Part shown: piece by piece, positions 27,194-34,933 of the stretch | Layout of the letters: each line of letters starts with the position of its first letter | How positions within the stretch are numbered: position 1 is the first letter of the stretch | From: Acidimicrobiales bacterium | GTDB taxonomy: Bacteria; Actinomycetota; Acidimicrobiia; Acidimicrobiales; JAMCQF01 | Reading direction: 5' to 3' | DNA: 46,926 nt | Assembly (NCBI GenBank): GCA_027366675.1 | Contig: DAHXND010000128.1 | Location: forward strand, 1-46,926 | Position numbers and translations under genes: made by a program | The notes under the pieces: model-generated | Told to the model about the DNA's origin: nothing | The model's database searches: none | Seen by the model: the letters and a program-made list of their open reading frames with translations, nothing else

Positions 27194-27639
27194 GCGCGGC
27201 TCAATTCTTCCACCCGGCGCTCGAAATCGAGGAGAGCGGAACGCCTGACCCTGCTCTCGGCCCGCCGCTTCACGAACCCGGGTATCGGCACTTTCAGCTC
27301 CACCTCGAGGTGGTAGGAGACGCGGGTCTCCCCTGGGCCGGCCGGCTCGAACACGTAGCTGCCATCGAGGTGCCGAGTGAGGTCACCCTGGATCTCCACC
27401 CAGGAAAGGACCTTCGGTGCCTGGGAGTAGTCATATGCCAGGGTATAGCTGGTGCTCCGGCCGAATGCTGCTGCGCGAAAACGCACGACTCGCGGACGCC
27501 CTTCACTGTCGCGCTCCAGCACCATGGCTTCTTTCACGTCGGCGGCCCACTCTGGATACCTCTCCATGTCCGCTGCCACCGCGAAGCACTGAGCTGGTGG
27601 CGCGTGAACCACTATCTCGTCGCTTGCCTGCTCGGTCAC
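27190..27639 (-). CDS. SRPBCC (cyclase/dehydrase, START-like) family protein
   Basis: 149 aa. IVVHAPPAQCFAVAADMERYPEWAADVKEA...YTLAYDY...LDGSYVFEP...TRVSYHLEVELKVP matches the polyketide_cyc2-like pattern. Confidence 0.8.
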   Translation of the reverse strand: MTEQASDEIVVHAPPAQCFAVAADMERYPEWAADVKEAMVLERDSEGRPRVVRFRAAAFGRSTSYTLAYDYSQAPKVLSWVEIQGDLTRHLDGSYVFEPAGPGETRVSYHLEVELKVPIPGFVKRRAESRVRRSALLDFERRVEELSRA

Positions 27640-27712
27640 TTGGCCTCCTTCTTCCCTGAAATGTTACCGGTGCCGCCAGGCCTCCGTGGGGATCCCGAGT
27701 TGACTCAGCTAG

Positions 27713-27826
27713 CTGCGTCGGCTGGGGGGCTGCGTCAGCCGTCTAGGTCCTCGGGATAGCGGCCCTCGAGCTGCGGGCCTGCGTCGGCTGGGGGGCTGCG
27801 TCAGCTGCGGCCCTCGAGCTGCGGGC
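27713..27826. repeat. Intergenic direct repeat: a 66-bp unit followed by a 48-bp copy lacking about 18 bp
   Basis: ctgcgtcggctggggggctgcgtcagc occurs at 27713 and 27779. gcggccctcgagctgcgggc occurs at 27759 and 27807. Confidence 0.85.
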
Positions 27827-27850
27827 ACTAGCTGCGGGGCTCAGCTGGCA

Positions 27851-29032
27851 TCAGGCGCCAGCCTCCGATATGGCCGTCCCGAGACGCTCGGCCAGCCGAT
27901 CGTAGGTGAAGCCCTCCAAGACCCTCCTCCTCGCCGCGGTTCCCATCTCCCGGCGCAGGGACGCATCAGCCAGTATCCGATACATCGCATCCGCCACGCT
28001 CCAGGGGTCCCCCGGCCGTTTCACCACGAAGCCCGTCACTCCGTGTTCCACAGCATCACCTGAACCTCCGCTCTCTCCCGCCACCTGGGGAACACCGGAT
28101 GCGGCCGCCTCCAGGAACACGATACCGAAGCCTTCCTGCTCCAGCCCGGCCCAACGATTACGGCATGCCATGACGAAGCAGTCAGAAGATGCGTATAGCT
28201 CGGGGAGAAGCTCGTCGGATACCTTGCCCGCCAGGCATACTGGGGCGAGGCTCGCACCAGCCAGACGGGCGAGGCGGCTGGCATCCCTGCCGGAGCCAGC
28301 GATCACCACTCGAAGGTCGGGAAAGCGGGAGCGGAGCATGGCAGAGGCCCGTATCAGGACGTCCATTCCCTTTCGCGGAACCAGCCGGCTGACGCTCGAG
28401 ACGAGGAGCGAATCCGGGTCGATACCCAGATGCAGGCGCGCTTCATGGCGGGCAGCATCGCTCTCCAGTGGGTGGAACCTCTCCGCGTCCACGCCTGGCG
28501 GGACCACCACGGTGATCTGCCCGGACCGGCTGGCCTGAACGGGTTGCCGTCCCGAACGGCCCAGTACCGTGCTGGCAACCAGTACCGTGCTGGCAACCTG
28601 CGCCGGATAGTCACCAGCCGCCACCAGCAGCTCGGCGCTCCTGAGGACCCCAGCCAGCAGGCTTCGGCTACCAGAGATGCTCGCTGGGAGCCCCACCTCG
28701 GCCCCGTGAAGGACGACCCCGTAGGGAAGGCCCAGATGGGGACCCATGAGCCCGAGCGGCAGCGCGGGATCTATCATGACGAGACTTGCTCCCACCTGGT
28801 GGGCCAGGCTGCGCACCTCGCTCGCCACAGCTCCGGTCGGAAGTAAGACGCTGCTCCCCGAGCGCACCACCCGGAATGGCTGGCATCGGTCGAACTCCAC
28901 ATCCCCCGGATACGCAGTCGTATATATGACGAAACGATCCGGATCCAGGCGGCGCCAGAGCTCCCATAGATAGGACTGGATCCCGCCGATCTTCGGGGGG
29001 AAGTCGTTCGTTACGAGCAGGTGGGTACGCAT
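27851..29032 (-). CDS. GT4-family glycosyltransferase (phosphatidylinositol mannosyltransferase PimB-like)
   Basis: MRTHLLVTNDFPPKIGGIQSYLWELWRRL is a characteristic N-terminus. The C-terminal EGFGIVFLEAAASGVPQVAGESGGSGDAVEHGVTG gives the E-x7-E GT4 motif. The ORF-track extension to 29314 is Arg/Pro-rich and overlaps queG, so I rejected it. Confidence 0.85.
   Translation of the reverse strand: MRTHLLVTNDFPPKIGGIQSYLWELWRRLDPDRFVIYTTAYPGDVEFDRCQPFRVVRSGSSVLLPTGAVASEVRSLAHQVGASLVMIDPALPLGLMGPHLGLPYGVVLHGAEVGLPASISGSRSLLAGVLRSAELLVAAGDYPAQVASTVLVASTVLGRSGRQPVQASRSGQITVVVPPGVDAERFHPLESDAARHEARLHLGIDPDSLLVSSVSRLVPRKGMDVLIRASAMLRSRFPDLRVVIAGSGRDASRLARLAGASLAPVCLAGKVSDELLPELYASSDCFVMACRNRWAGLEQEGFGIVFLEAAASGVPQVAGESGGSGDAVEHGVTGFVVKRPGDPWSVADAMYRILADASLRREMGTAARRRVLEGFTYDRLAERLGTAISEAGA
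28562..28597. repeat. In-frame 18-bp tandem duplication inside the GT4 gene (VLVAST x2)
   Basis: cagtaccgtgctggcaac occurs twice. The protein reads ASTVLVASTVLG. Confidence 0.8.
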
Positions 29033-30654
29033 GCTCTCGGGGGCCGCGGGGAAAGCTCTGGAACCCACGCTGCATTCACGATCTCGGCCAGCACGTCCAG
29101 GTCGCCCTCCCGGGCCAGGGCAGCGACGAGGAGATCCTGGCGTGCGAGACGAGCAGCGGCCCAAACGGCATGCAGGCGCAGCAAGGGGTCGGGATCGGCC
29201 AGCTTCGCCCGGAGCGCCTCCCCTACTCGAGGATCGCAGCCATCGCCCACGTTGCCCAGGACTACCAGGGCGTTGCGAAGAATGTACCTTGCATCTCGCT
29301 CCGGTATGTACCACCTGCCATATCGACCCAGCAGCTCCCCAGGCTCGGAGGCAAGCAGGGCCAGGATGTCCACGCTCCCGTCATCGGTGCCGGCGCTCTG
29401 CTGACCTGCGCGGGCGCTCTCCTGACCTGCGCGGGCGCTCTGCTGACCTGCGCGGGCGCTCTCCTGACCTGCGCCCCGGCTGCCCTTGCCGGTGCCCCGG
29501 CTGCCCTCATCGGTACCGAGAGCCCCGGGCGCTGCCCGGCCAGAGGCCGGACTGCTGACCCTAGCGCCGTGGCCAGATGGCGGATCCACCGGCGACCGGT
29601 TCAGCGGGCACGCGTCCTGGCACGTATCGCAACCGTAGATGCGGTTCCCCAGCGCGATCCTGTGAGCACGGGGGAACACCCCGCTCTGCTGGAGCAGCCA
29701 CGCCAGGCAGCGCCGCGCGTCAAGTACCCCGGGAGCAGTGAGAGCTCCGGTGGGGCAAGAGTCCAGGCATCTGTGACAGCTCCCGCAACGACTCCTCTGG
29801 CCCGCCAGTTCCTTACGAGCCGGCTCGTCAGCTGGCCGACCTCTCTGGAGCGACGAACCCGTCTGGGGCACTGCCCCCGTCTGGAGCGATATCTGCCCTT
29901 TGCCCGGACCTCGCCTCCATGCCAGATACGCGAGCGGGGCGTCCGTTACAACAGACCCGATCACCGACAAAGAGCCAAGGCCGGGCACCAGGAAGAGGCA
30001 GTTCTTCCCGTAGGAGCCCAATCCGACCCGAAACGCAGCCTCGCGGTCGACGAGCGCGTTGTCGTCGACCACTACCTTCGCCTTCCATCCAACCACGAGC
30101 AGCCGACCACACAGGAAATCGAGAATGCTCCGTAAGGCCGCGTAGTAGTCACGTCGTGCATAGGCAGCCACGTCTCCCCCGAAGATCTCTTGGGCGCCGG
30201 GCGCCGGGGGCAGTCCCGATCGACCGGAGCGAGGTGCATGAGCTCGCCCGGGATATGGAAGGACCCCGACCAAGAGCGATGCAGCGCCGGGAATGATCCG
30301 TGAGGGGTCAGTAGAGCGCTCAGGGTTCTTATAGGTGAAAGCCATCGAAGCGCTCAGACCAGCCTCTTTGCGCGAGTAGAGGTGGCGGCGCGTCTCGATG
30401 AATGGAGCCGCCGGGCCTATCCCTATGGCAAAAAGACCGCGTTCCAGACCAGCACCTGCCAGCTCCTCAGCCAATGCCAGATCTGCACCCCTCCTGCCAG
30501 GCTCGTGGAGGGCGAGGCCGCTCACGGCGTGGTTGCCACCTGACAGGGCTTCAGCACGCCCGCCCGGTGCGACCTCCGAGACCTCCGAGACCTCCGAGAT
30601 ATAGAGGGGCTCCTTCAGGGCCACGTTCCCTCGGGCGGAGCCGGAAGTCGACAT
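29011..30654 (-). CDS. queG: tRNA epoxyqueuosine(34) reductase
   Basis: YARRDYYAALRSILD, REAAFRVGLGSYGKNCLFLVPGLGS, the Fe-S motifs CGSCHRCLDSCPTGAL and YGCDTCQDACPLN, DARRCLAWLLQ, and a HEAT-like C-terminus. ATG 30654 (MSTSG) is chosen because the upstream part of the ORF lies in the 61-bp repeat array. Confidence 0.85.
   Translation of the reverse strand: MSTSGSARGNVALKEPLYISEVSEVSEVAPGGRAEALSGGNHAVSGLALHEPGRRGADLALAEELAGAGLERGLFAIGIGPAAPFIETRRHLYSRKEAGLSASMAFTYKNPERSTDPSRIIPGAASLLVGVLPYPGRAHAPRSGRSGLPPAPGAQEIFGGDVAAYARRDYYAALRSILDFLCGRLLVVGWKAKVVVDDNALVDREAAFRVGLGSYGKNCLFLVPGLGSLSVIGSVVTDAPLAYLAWRRGPGKGQISLQTGAVPQTGSSLQRGRPADEPARKELAGQRSRCGSCHRCLDSCPTGALTAPGVLDARRCLAWLLQQSGVFPRAHRIALGNRIYGCDTCQDACPLNRSPVDPPSGHGARVSSPASGRAAPGALGTDEGSRGTGKGSRGAGQESARAGQQSARAGQESARAGQQSAGTDDGSVDILALLASEPGELLGRYGRWYIPERDARYILRNALVVLGNVGDGCDPRVGEALRAKLADPDPLLRLHAVWAAARLARQDLLVAALAREGDLDVLAEIVNAAWVPELSPRPPRACVPTCS
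29392..29475. repeat. In-frame 21-bp tandem repeat, 4 copies, inside queG; a related 21-bp pair follows at 29474-29515
   Basis: ggcgctct(g/c)ctgacctgcgcg occurs four times. The protein reads GQESARAGQQSARAGQESARAGQQSAG, located between the ferredoxin and HEAT domains. Confidence 0.9.
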
Positions 30655-30681
30655 CACGCCATCTTTGCATGGCTGCGGACA

Positions 30682-30897
30682 CGTCCGCGGACGCGCAGCC
30701 GAGACCAGGAGGTAAGGGGCGCTGTCCTGGGAGAGGTTGCCACGCGTCCGCGGACGCGCAGCCGGTCGCAGCGGGCAGCCCGCTTCGGGAGCGGAGGTTG
30801 CCACGCGTCCGCGGACGCGCAGCCGGTCGCAGCGGGCAGCCCGCTTCGGCAGCGGAGGTTGCCACGCGTCCGCGGACGCGCAGCCGACGCCGGGCGC
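30682..30897. repeat. Intergenic 61-bp tandem array, 3 full units plus a degenerate one; each unit is centred on the palindrome CGCGTCCGCGGACGCG
   Basis: The perfect 16-bp palindrome starts at 30743, 30804 and 30865, with a 14/16 version at about 30680. The remaining 45 bp of each unit is also repeated (cagccggtcgcagcgggcagcccgcttcgg(g/c)agcggaggttgcca). Confidence 0.9.
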
Positions 30898-31179
30898 TCA
30901 GCCGGCTATGGGAGAGATGACCTCGACGGCGGCAGTCGAGCCGCACCAGCGGCAAGTCACCGACTCCACCAGCTCGCTCAAGACATCCTCATCCTCGATC
31001 CGACACTCGCCGGCTAGGGTGAAGTGGTAGAAGGCTCTCGTTTGCCGCGTAGCCACGACGTCGAAGCGGGTGAGATTGCCACATGAGCTGCAGCGGTACC
31101 GAACCGCTCCGGGCTTGGCTGGCAACAGCGGGGCCGCGTCCACATCTCCAGCAGCCATATCATCCCCGGCAGTGACCAT
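30898..31179 (-). CDS. Small zinc-ribbon protein (CxxC...CxxC), function unknown
   Basis: 93 aa. It has RCSSCGNLTRFD ... CRWCGS, a composition typical of real coding sequence, and clean boundaries between two repeat-filled gaps. Confidence 0.6.
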   Translation of the reverse strand: MVTAGDDMAAGDVDAAPLLPAKPGAVRYRCSSCGNLTRFDVVATRQTRAFYHFTLAGECRIEDEDVLSELVESVTCRWCGSTAAVEVISPIAG

Positions 31180-31188
31180 GCCGACAAT

Positions 31189-31232
31189 CTAGCCTGGGAA
31201 CCCGCACCGGCTAGCCTGGGAACCCGCACCCG
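31189..31232. repeat. 22-bp tandem duplication in the divergent promoter region
   Basis: ctagcctgggaacccgcaccgg is followed directly by ctagcctgggaacccgcacccg. Confidence 0.85.
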
Positions 31233-31495
31233 CATAGGGCCTGAACCGAACTGGACAGTTCCGACCTTGGCCCTGCCCGAGCAGGCCCGTCCGCCGGACC
31301 GGCCTATCCGCCCGAGGTGTCCCATGTTCGCGCGAAACTCGTCCCGTGGCCCTAAGATACCTGGCTCCAAAGGCCCCAGCCCCAGCCCTGGGAACCCCAG
31401 CCCCAGCTACAGGAACGCCAGCCCCAGCCCCAGGAGCCCCAGCCCTGGGACCCCTCGCCTCGGGAGGGCCGCAGCCCGAACCGGAAGGCCCAGCC

Positions 31496-32152
31496 ATGGA
31501 ACTACCGCCCGCGCCCTCTGACCCGCCCGCGCCCTCTGACCCGCTCGCGCCCTCTGACCCGATCGCGCCCTCTGACCCGCTCGCGCCCTCTGACCCGCTC
31601 GCGTACCTGCTCGACCAGTGGGATCACGCCACCTTCCTCGTGGTCGACGTGGAGACGACCGGCTGGTCTCCAGAGACGAACGGCATCACAGAGATAGCAG
31701 CCGTCTGCCTCTCGAACGGCCGGCGCGAGGAGGTTCTCCAGTGCCTGGTCAATCCTGGAATACCTATCCCCCCGTTCATCACGCGCCTGACCGGCATCTC
31801 CGACGACCTCGTGGCCCATGCGCCACCATTGGACCGCGTGCTGCCTGCCCTGCGCGAGCAGGCCAAAGGCAAGACGCTCGTCGGCCATAACATCCAGTTC
31901 GACCTCAGCTTCATCAACGCCGGACTGCTGAGAGCCAGTCTGCCCCCTCTGAACGCTCCCTGCGTGGACACCCTGGCGCTCGCGCGCAAGCTCGTCCGTC
32001 ATGAGGTGGAGAGCTGCAGGCTCGGGGTCCTGGCGCATCAGCTCCACCTTGCCCACCAGCCGACCCACAGGGCGATGGCTGACGTGCATGCAACCGTGGA
32101 TCTACTCGCGACGCTCGTGACTCGAGCCAGACAGAATATCATACTACGATAG
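31496..32152 (+). CDS. DEDDh 3'-5' exonuclease, DNA polymerase III epsilon-like
   Basis: ExoI FLVVDVETTG, ExoII LVGHNIQFDLSFI, ExoIII HRAMADVHAT. ATG 31496 follows GGAAGG. The alternative start GTG 31346 would add a Pro/Ala-rich tail that includes an imperfect 21-bp repeat at 31374-31458. Confidence 0.8.
   Translation: MELPPAPSDPPAPSDPLAPSDPIAPSDPLAPSDPLAYLLDQWDHATFLVVDVETTGWSPETNGITEIAAVCLSNGRREEVLQCLVNPGIPIPPFITRLTGISDDLVAHAPPLDRVLPALREQAKGKTLVGHNIQFDLSFINAGLLRASLPPLNAPCVDTLALARKLVRHEVESCRLGVLAHQLHLAHQPTHRAMADVHATVDLLATLVTRARQNIILR
31511..31600 (+). repeat. In-frame 18-bp tandem repeat, 5 copies, encoding APSDP(P/L/I) at the exonuclease N-terminus
   Basis: gcgccctctgacccgNNc occurs five times, head to tail. 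Confidence 0.9.
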
Positions 32153-32196
32153 CTATAGGAGTCAGAAGCAGTCATGGACCAAGCAGTGCAGGCGGA

Positions 32197-32280
32197 CCGC
32201 TCCAGAAGCCGCCGGGCTGGCACCGCTCCAGAAGCCGCCGGGCTGGCACTGCTCCAGAAGCCGCCGGGCTGGCACTGCTC
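32197..32280. repeat. Intergenic 26-bp tandem repeat, 3 copies plus a partial, abutting the trpD stop
   Basis: ccgctccagaagccgccgggctggca occurs at 32197, 32223 and 32249, with 1-2 substitutions. Confidence 0.9.
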
Positions 32281-33408
32281 CTAGGTGCCTGACGCCGCCA
32301 TCCTCGATACCGCCACCAGCCGCTCCAGCGTGAATGCCGCAGCACCCGAATCGATCGCGTCCTGAGCACGCTCTATCCCCGCCCCGAGATCCCCGACAGC
32401 GCCGGCCACCACGAGGGCCGCACCCGCGTTCAGGACAACTATATCGCGACAAGCCCCCATTTCCCCGTTCAGCACCCGCCTGGCCACATCCGCGTTATAG
32501 GAGGCATCCCCGCCCCTCACCTCTTCCAGGCTGCGCCGAACGAAGCCAAGCTCCACGGGATCGACCTGGTAGCGCCTTATCTCCGGCTCTCCTCCCCGCC
32601 CCCGCACCAGCTCCAGAACATCGGAGGGACCCGTAATGGAGACCTCGTCCAGCCCATCTGCTCCGTGGACCACCATCGCCCTCGTGCTCCCCGTGGCAGC
32701 GAGAACCCCGACCATCCGCTCAGCCATCGACCGGTCTCCCACCCCCACGAGCTGGAACGGGGCGCGAGCCGGGTTCGTAAGCGGGCCCAGATAGTTGAAA
32801 ACAGTCGGGATACCAAGAGCGCGGCGCACGGGTGCCAGGTGCCTCATCGAAGGATGGAACCTCGGAGCGAAGCAGAACCCTATGCCTGTCTCGTCGATGC
32901 ACCTTCTCACACCATCAGGCCCGAGATCCACCACGACCCCAAGAGCCTCGAGAACGTCAGCCGATCCTGCGGCAGACGAAGCGGCCCGATTCCCGTGCTT
33001 GCACACTCTCGCCCCGGCCGCTGCCACCACCAGCGCAGCGAGGGTGGAAACGTTGATAGAGCCCGATCCATCGCCTCCCGTTCCGCAGGTGTCCACGCAG
33101 TCTCCAATCCCTTCCAGAAGTGCTGCGTGATCGAGCATCGCCTTCGCCAGCCCAGTCATCTCCTCGACGGTCTCACCGCGTACCCTTAGCGCCACGAGGA
33201 AGGCCCCGATCTGCATAGGATCGATGCCTCCTTCCAAGATCTCAGACAGTGCCACAGCAGCCTCACCCTCGCTCAGGGTCCTACCCGAGACGAGGAGCGA
33301 TAGGAGCTCCGACCACTGCGGCCTGTCTCCTCCTGAAGCTGGCCCCAGGGCGCCGCCGCTCAGGGCGCCGCCGCTCATGGGAGTGCCTCTCATGGAAGGG
33401 CCGCTCAT
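32281..33408 (-). CDS. trpD: Anthranilate phosphoribosyltransferase
   Basis: DTCGTGGDGSGSINVSTLAALVVAAAG, KHGNRAASSAAGSADVLEALG and PTVFNYLGPLTNPA are canonical TrpD motifs. ATG 33408 lies 12 nt after the upstream acyl-CoA dehydrogenase stop. The N-terminus contains a 15-bp duplication (33346-33375, SGGAL x2). Confidence 0.9.
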   Translation of the reverse strand: MSGPSMRGTPMSGGALSGGALGPASGGDRPQWSELLSLLVSGRTLSEGEAAVALSEILEGGIDPMQIGAFLVALRVRGETVEEMTGLAKAMLDHAALLEGIGDCVDTCGTGGDGSGSINVSTLAALVVAAAGARVCKHGNRAASSAAGSADVLEALGVVVDLGPDGVRRCIDETGIGFCFAPRFHPSMRHLAPVRRALGIPTVFNYLGPLTNPARAPFQLVGVGDRSMAERMVGVLAATGSTRAMVVHGADGLDEVSITGPSDVLELVRGRGGEPEIRRYQVDPVELGFVRRSLEEVRGGDASYNADVARRVLNGEMGACRDIVVLNAGAALVVAGAVGDLGAGIERAQDAIDSGAAAFTLERLVAVSRMAASGT

Positions 33409-33419
33409 AGCAGGGATGC

Positions 33420-34595
33420 TCAGTCCCACCACAGGTCGCGATCCATGACGCCGCGGGCTATAAGGCCGAGCTGGATCTCCGTCGTACCCTCGACGATAGT
33501 GAGCTGGCGTGCGTCGCGATACCACAGCTCCGTCAGGTGATCTGCCATGTAACCGGCTGCCCCCAGCATCTGCAGCGCCATCCCCGACGCTTTCACTGCG
33601 AGCTCGGTCGCGTAGTACTTGGCCATGGACAGGAATGGAACCCACTCGCGCGTGAAACGGCCCTGGTCGGCCAACCACGCTGCCCTGTAGGTGAGCAGGC
33701 GCGCGGCCTCTATCTCTGTGGCCAGCTCAGCCACCTTCCACTGGGTCCCCTGGAAATCGGCCAGATGCTTCCCGAAGAGCTCGCGGTCCTTCACGTAATC
33801 GACCGCGTACATGAGAGCCCCCTCAGCCAGCCCGATGCCCCTGGCAGCGACCACAGGGCGCATCGCGTTCAAACCCAACATCGCCAGACGGAATCCCCCG
33901 ACCTCCCCTATGACATTCTCAGGAGGCACATGGACATCTCGTAGCACGAGCTCCCCGGTATCGACCCCGTGCACCCCCATCTTCCTGTCGATCCGCCCTA
34001 CCTCCACTCCCTGCCAGGCGCGCTCGACTATGAAGGCGGTAATAGAGTCGTGCGCCCGGCTGGAGGGGTCTCCTGTCTTCGCGAAGATCGTGTACCAGTC
34101 GGCCTGCGCCACACCCGACATCCAGCACTTCAGACCGTTCAGTATCCACCCTCCAGCGGTAGCTGGATCCGGAGTGGCACGGGTACGCATGGCCACGACG
34201 TCGCTTCCTGCCTGGGGCTCCGAGAGACCGAAGGCAGCTCTGCCCGTGCCTGACGCTATAGCAGGCAGATAGCGCTTCTTCTGCTCCTCTGACCCTGCGA
34301 TCATCACCGGTCCGGTGGGTAAGCGGGTAAGGAGGAGCATCAGCGCCGCAGCATTCGAGTACTTGGCGACCTCCTCGATCGCAAGTGCCAGGCCGAGGAT
34401 CCCGGCCCCCGATCCTCCGTAGTCCTCGGGTATGCACAGACCGAGCAAGCCCGCCTGGCGGAATACATCGAACAGATCCTCGGGGTACTCTCCGGTCTCG
34501 TCTATGGCCCGGGCGCGAGGCAGGACCTTCTCCCGAGCGATCCGGCGCGCGATCCCCTGCAGATCGGCCAGCTCCTCCGGGAGATCGAAGTCCAT
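33420..34595 (-). CDS. Acyl-CoA dehydrogenase
   Basis: Full-length ACAD pattern: MDFDLPEE...IDETGEYPEDLF...GLSEPQAGSDV...WMSGV...TIVEGTTEIQ. Confidence 0.9.
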   Translation of the reverse strand: MDFDLPEELADLQGIARRIAREKVLPRARAIDETGEYPEDLFDVFRQAGLLGLCIPEDYGGSGAGILGLALAIEEVAKYSNAAALMLLLTRLPTGPVMIAGSEEQKKRYLPAIASGTGRAAFGLSEPQAGSDVVAMRTRATPDPATAGGWILNGLKCWMSGVAQADWYTIFAKTGDPSSRAHDSITAFIVERAWQGVEVGRIDRKMGVHGVDTGELVLRDVHVPPENVIGEVGGFRLAMLGLNAMRPVVAARGIGLAEGALMYAVDYVKDRELFGKHLADFQGTQWKVAELATEIEAARLLTYRAAWLADQGRFTREWVPFLSMAKYYATELAVKASGMALQMLGAAGYMADHLTELWYRDARQLTIVEGTTEIQLGLIARGVMDRDLWWD

Positions 34596-34933
34596 CCCGC
34601 CCAGGCTACGCGCTATCCCGCTCGGTCCACCACAGGGCCAGCCAGGGCAGTGCTCGGGCGACCAGCACTATAAGGCCGATCCGTGGCAGTGCATAGCTGA
34701 AGCGAATGCCGCCGGAGGTGGAGCGCCCGCGCTTAGCCCGCTCGATCTGCTCTAGAATCGACTCCAGCGGTGAGCCACCTAACACTTGCCATCACGGCGC
34801 TCGGACGTCGTGGTGGACGGGCAGTTTAGCGGAGCGGGCCGCTGGAAGGGTAGGCGCATCTGGACGGCGGGGGTGCAGGCAGGAACAGTGCTATCAGTGG
34901 CAGGGGGCGAGCACAGCGAGGAGGGCACAGTTT

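Noticed and set aside
29033-29314. N-terminal extensions of the longest ORFs for the GT4 gene (to 29314), queG (to 30804), trpD (to 33678), the LLM gene (to 26331) and the rubrerythrin gene (to 38730).
   Set aside because: The extensions are Arg/Pro/Gly-rich, overlap the preceding gene or run through intergenic repeat arrays, and precede internal ATGs. Those ATGs give N-termini matching the families, for example MRTHLLVTNDFPP for GT4 and [14 protein letters not shown] for rubrerythrin.
30682-30897. A possible CRISPR array: a regular 61-bp period with a palindromic 'repeat', which is a typical repeat-plus-spacer length.
   Set aside because: The 45 bp between the palindromes are themselves identical from unit to unit, so there are no unique spacers. 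There are only about 3.5 units and no cas genes in the window. It is a plain tandem repeat.
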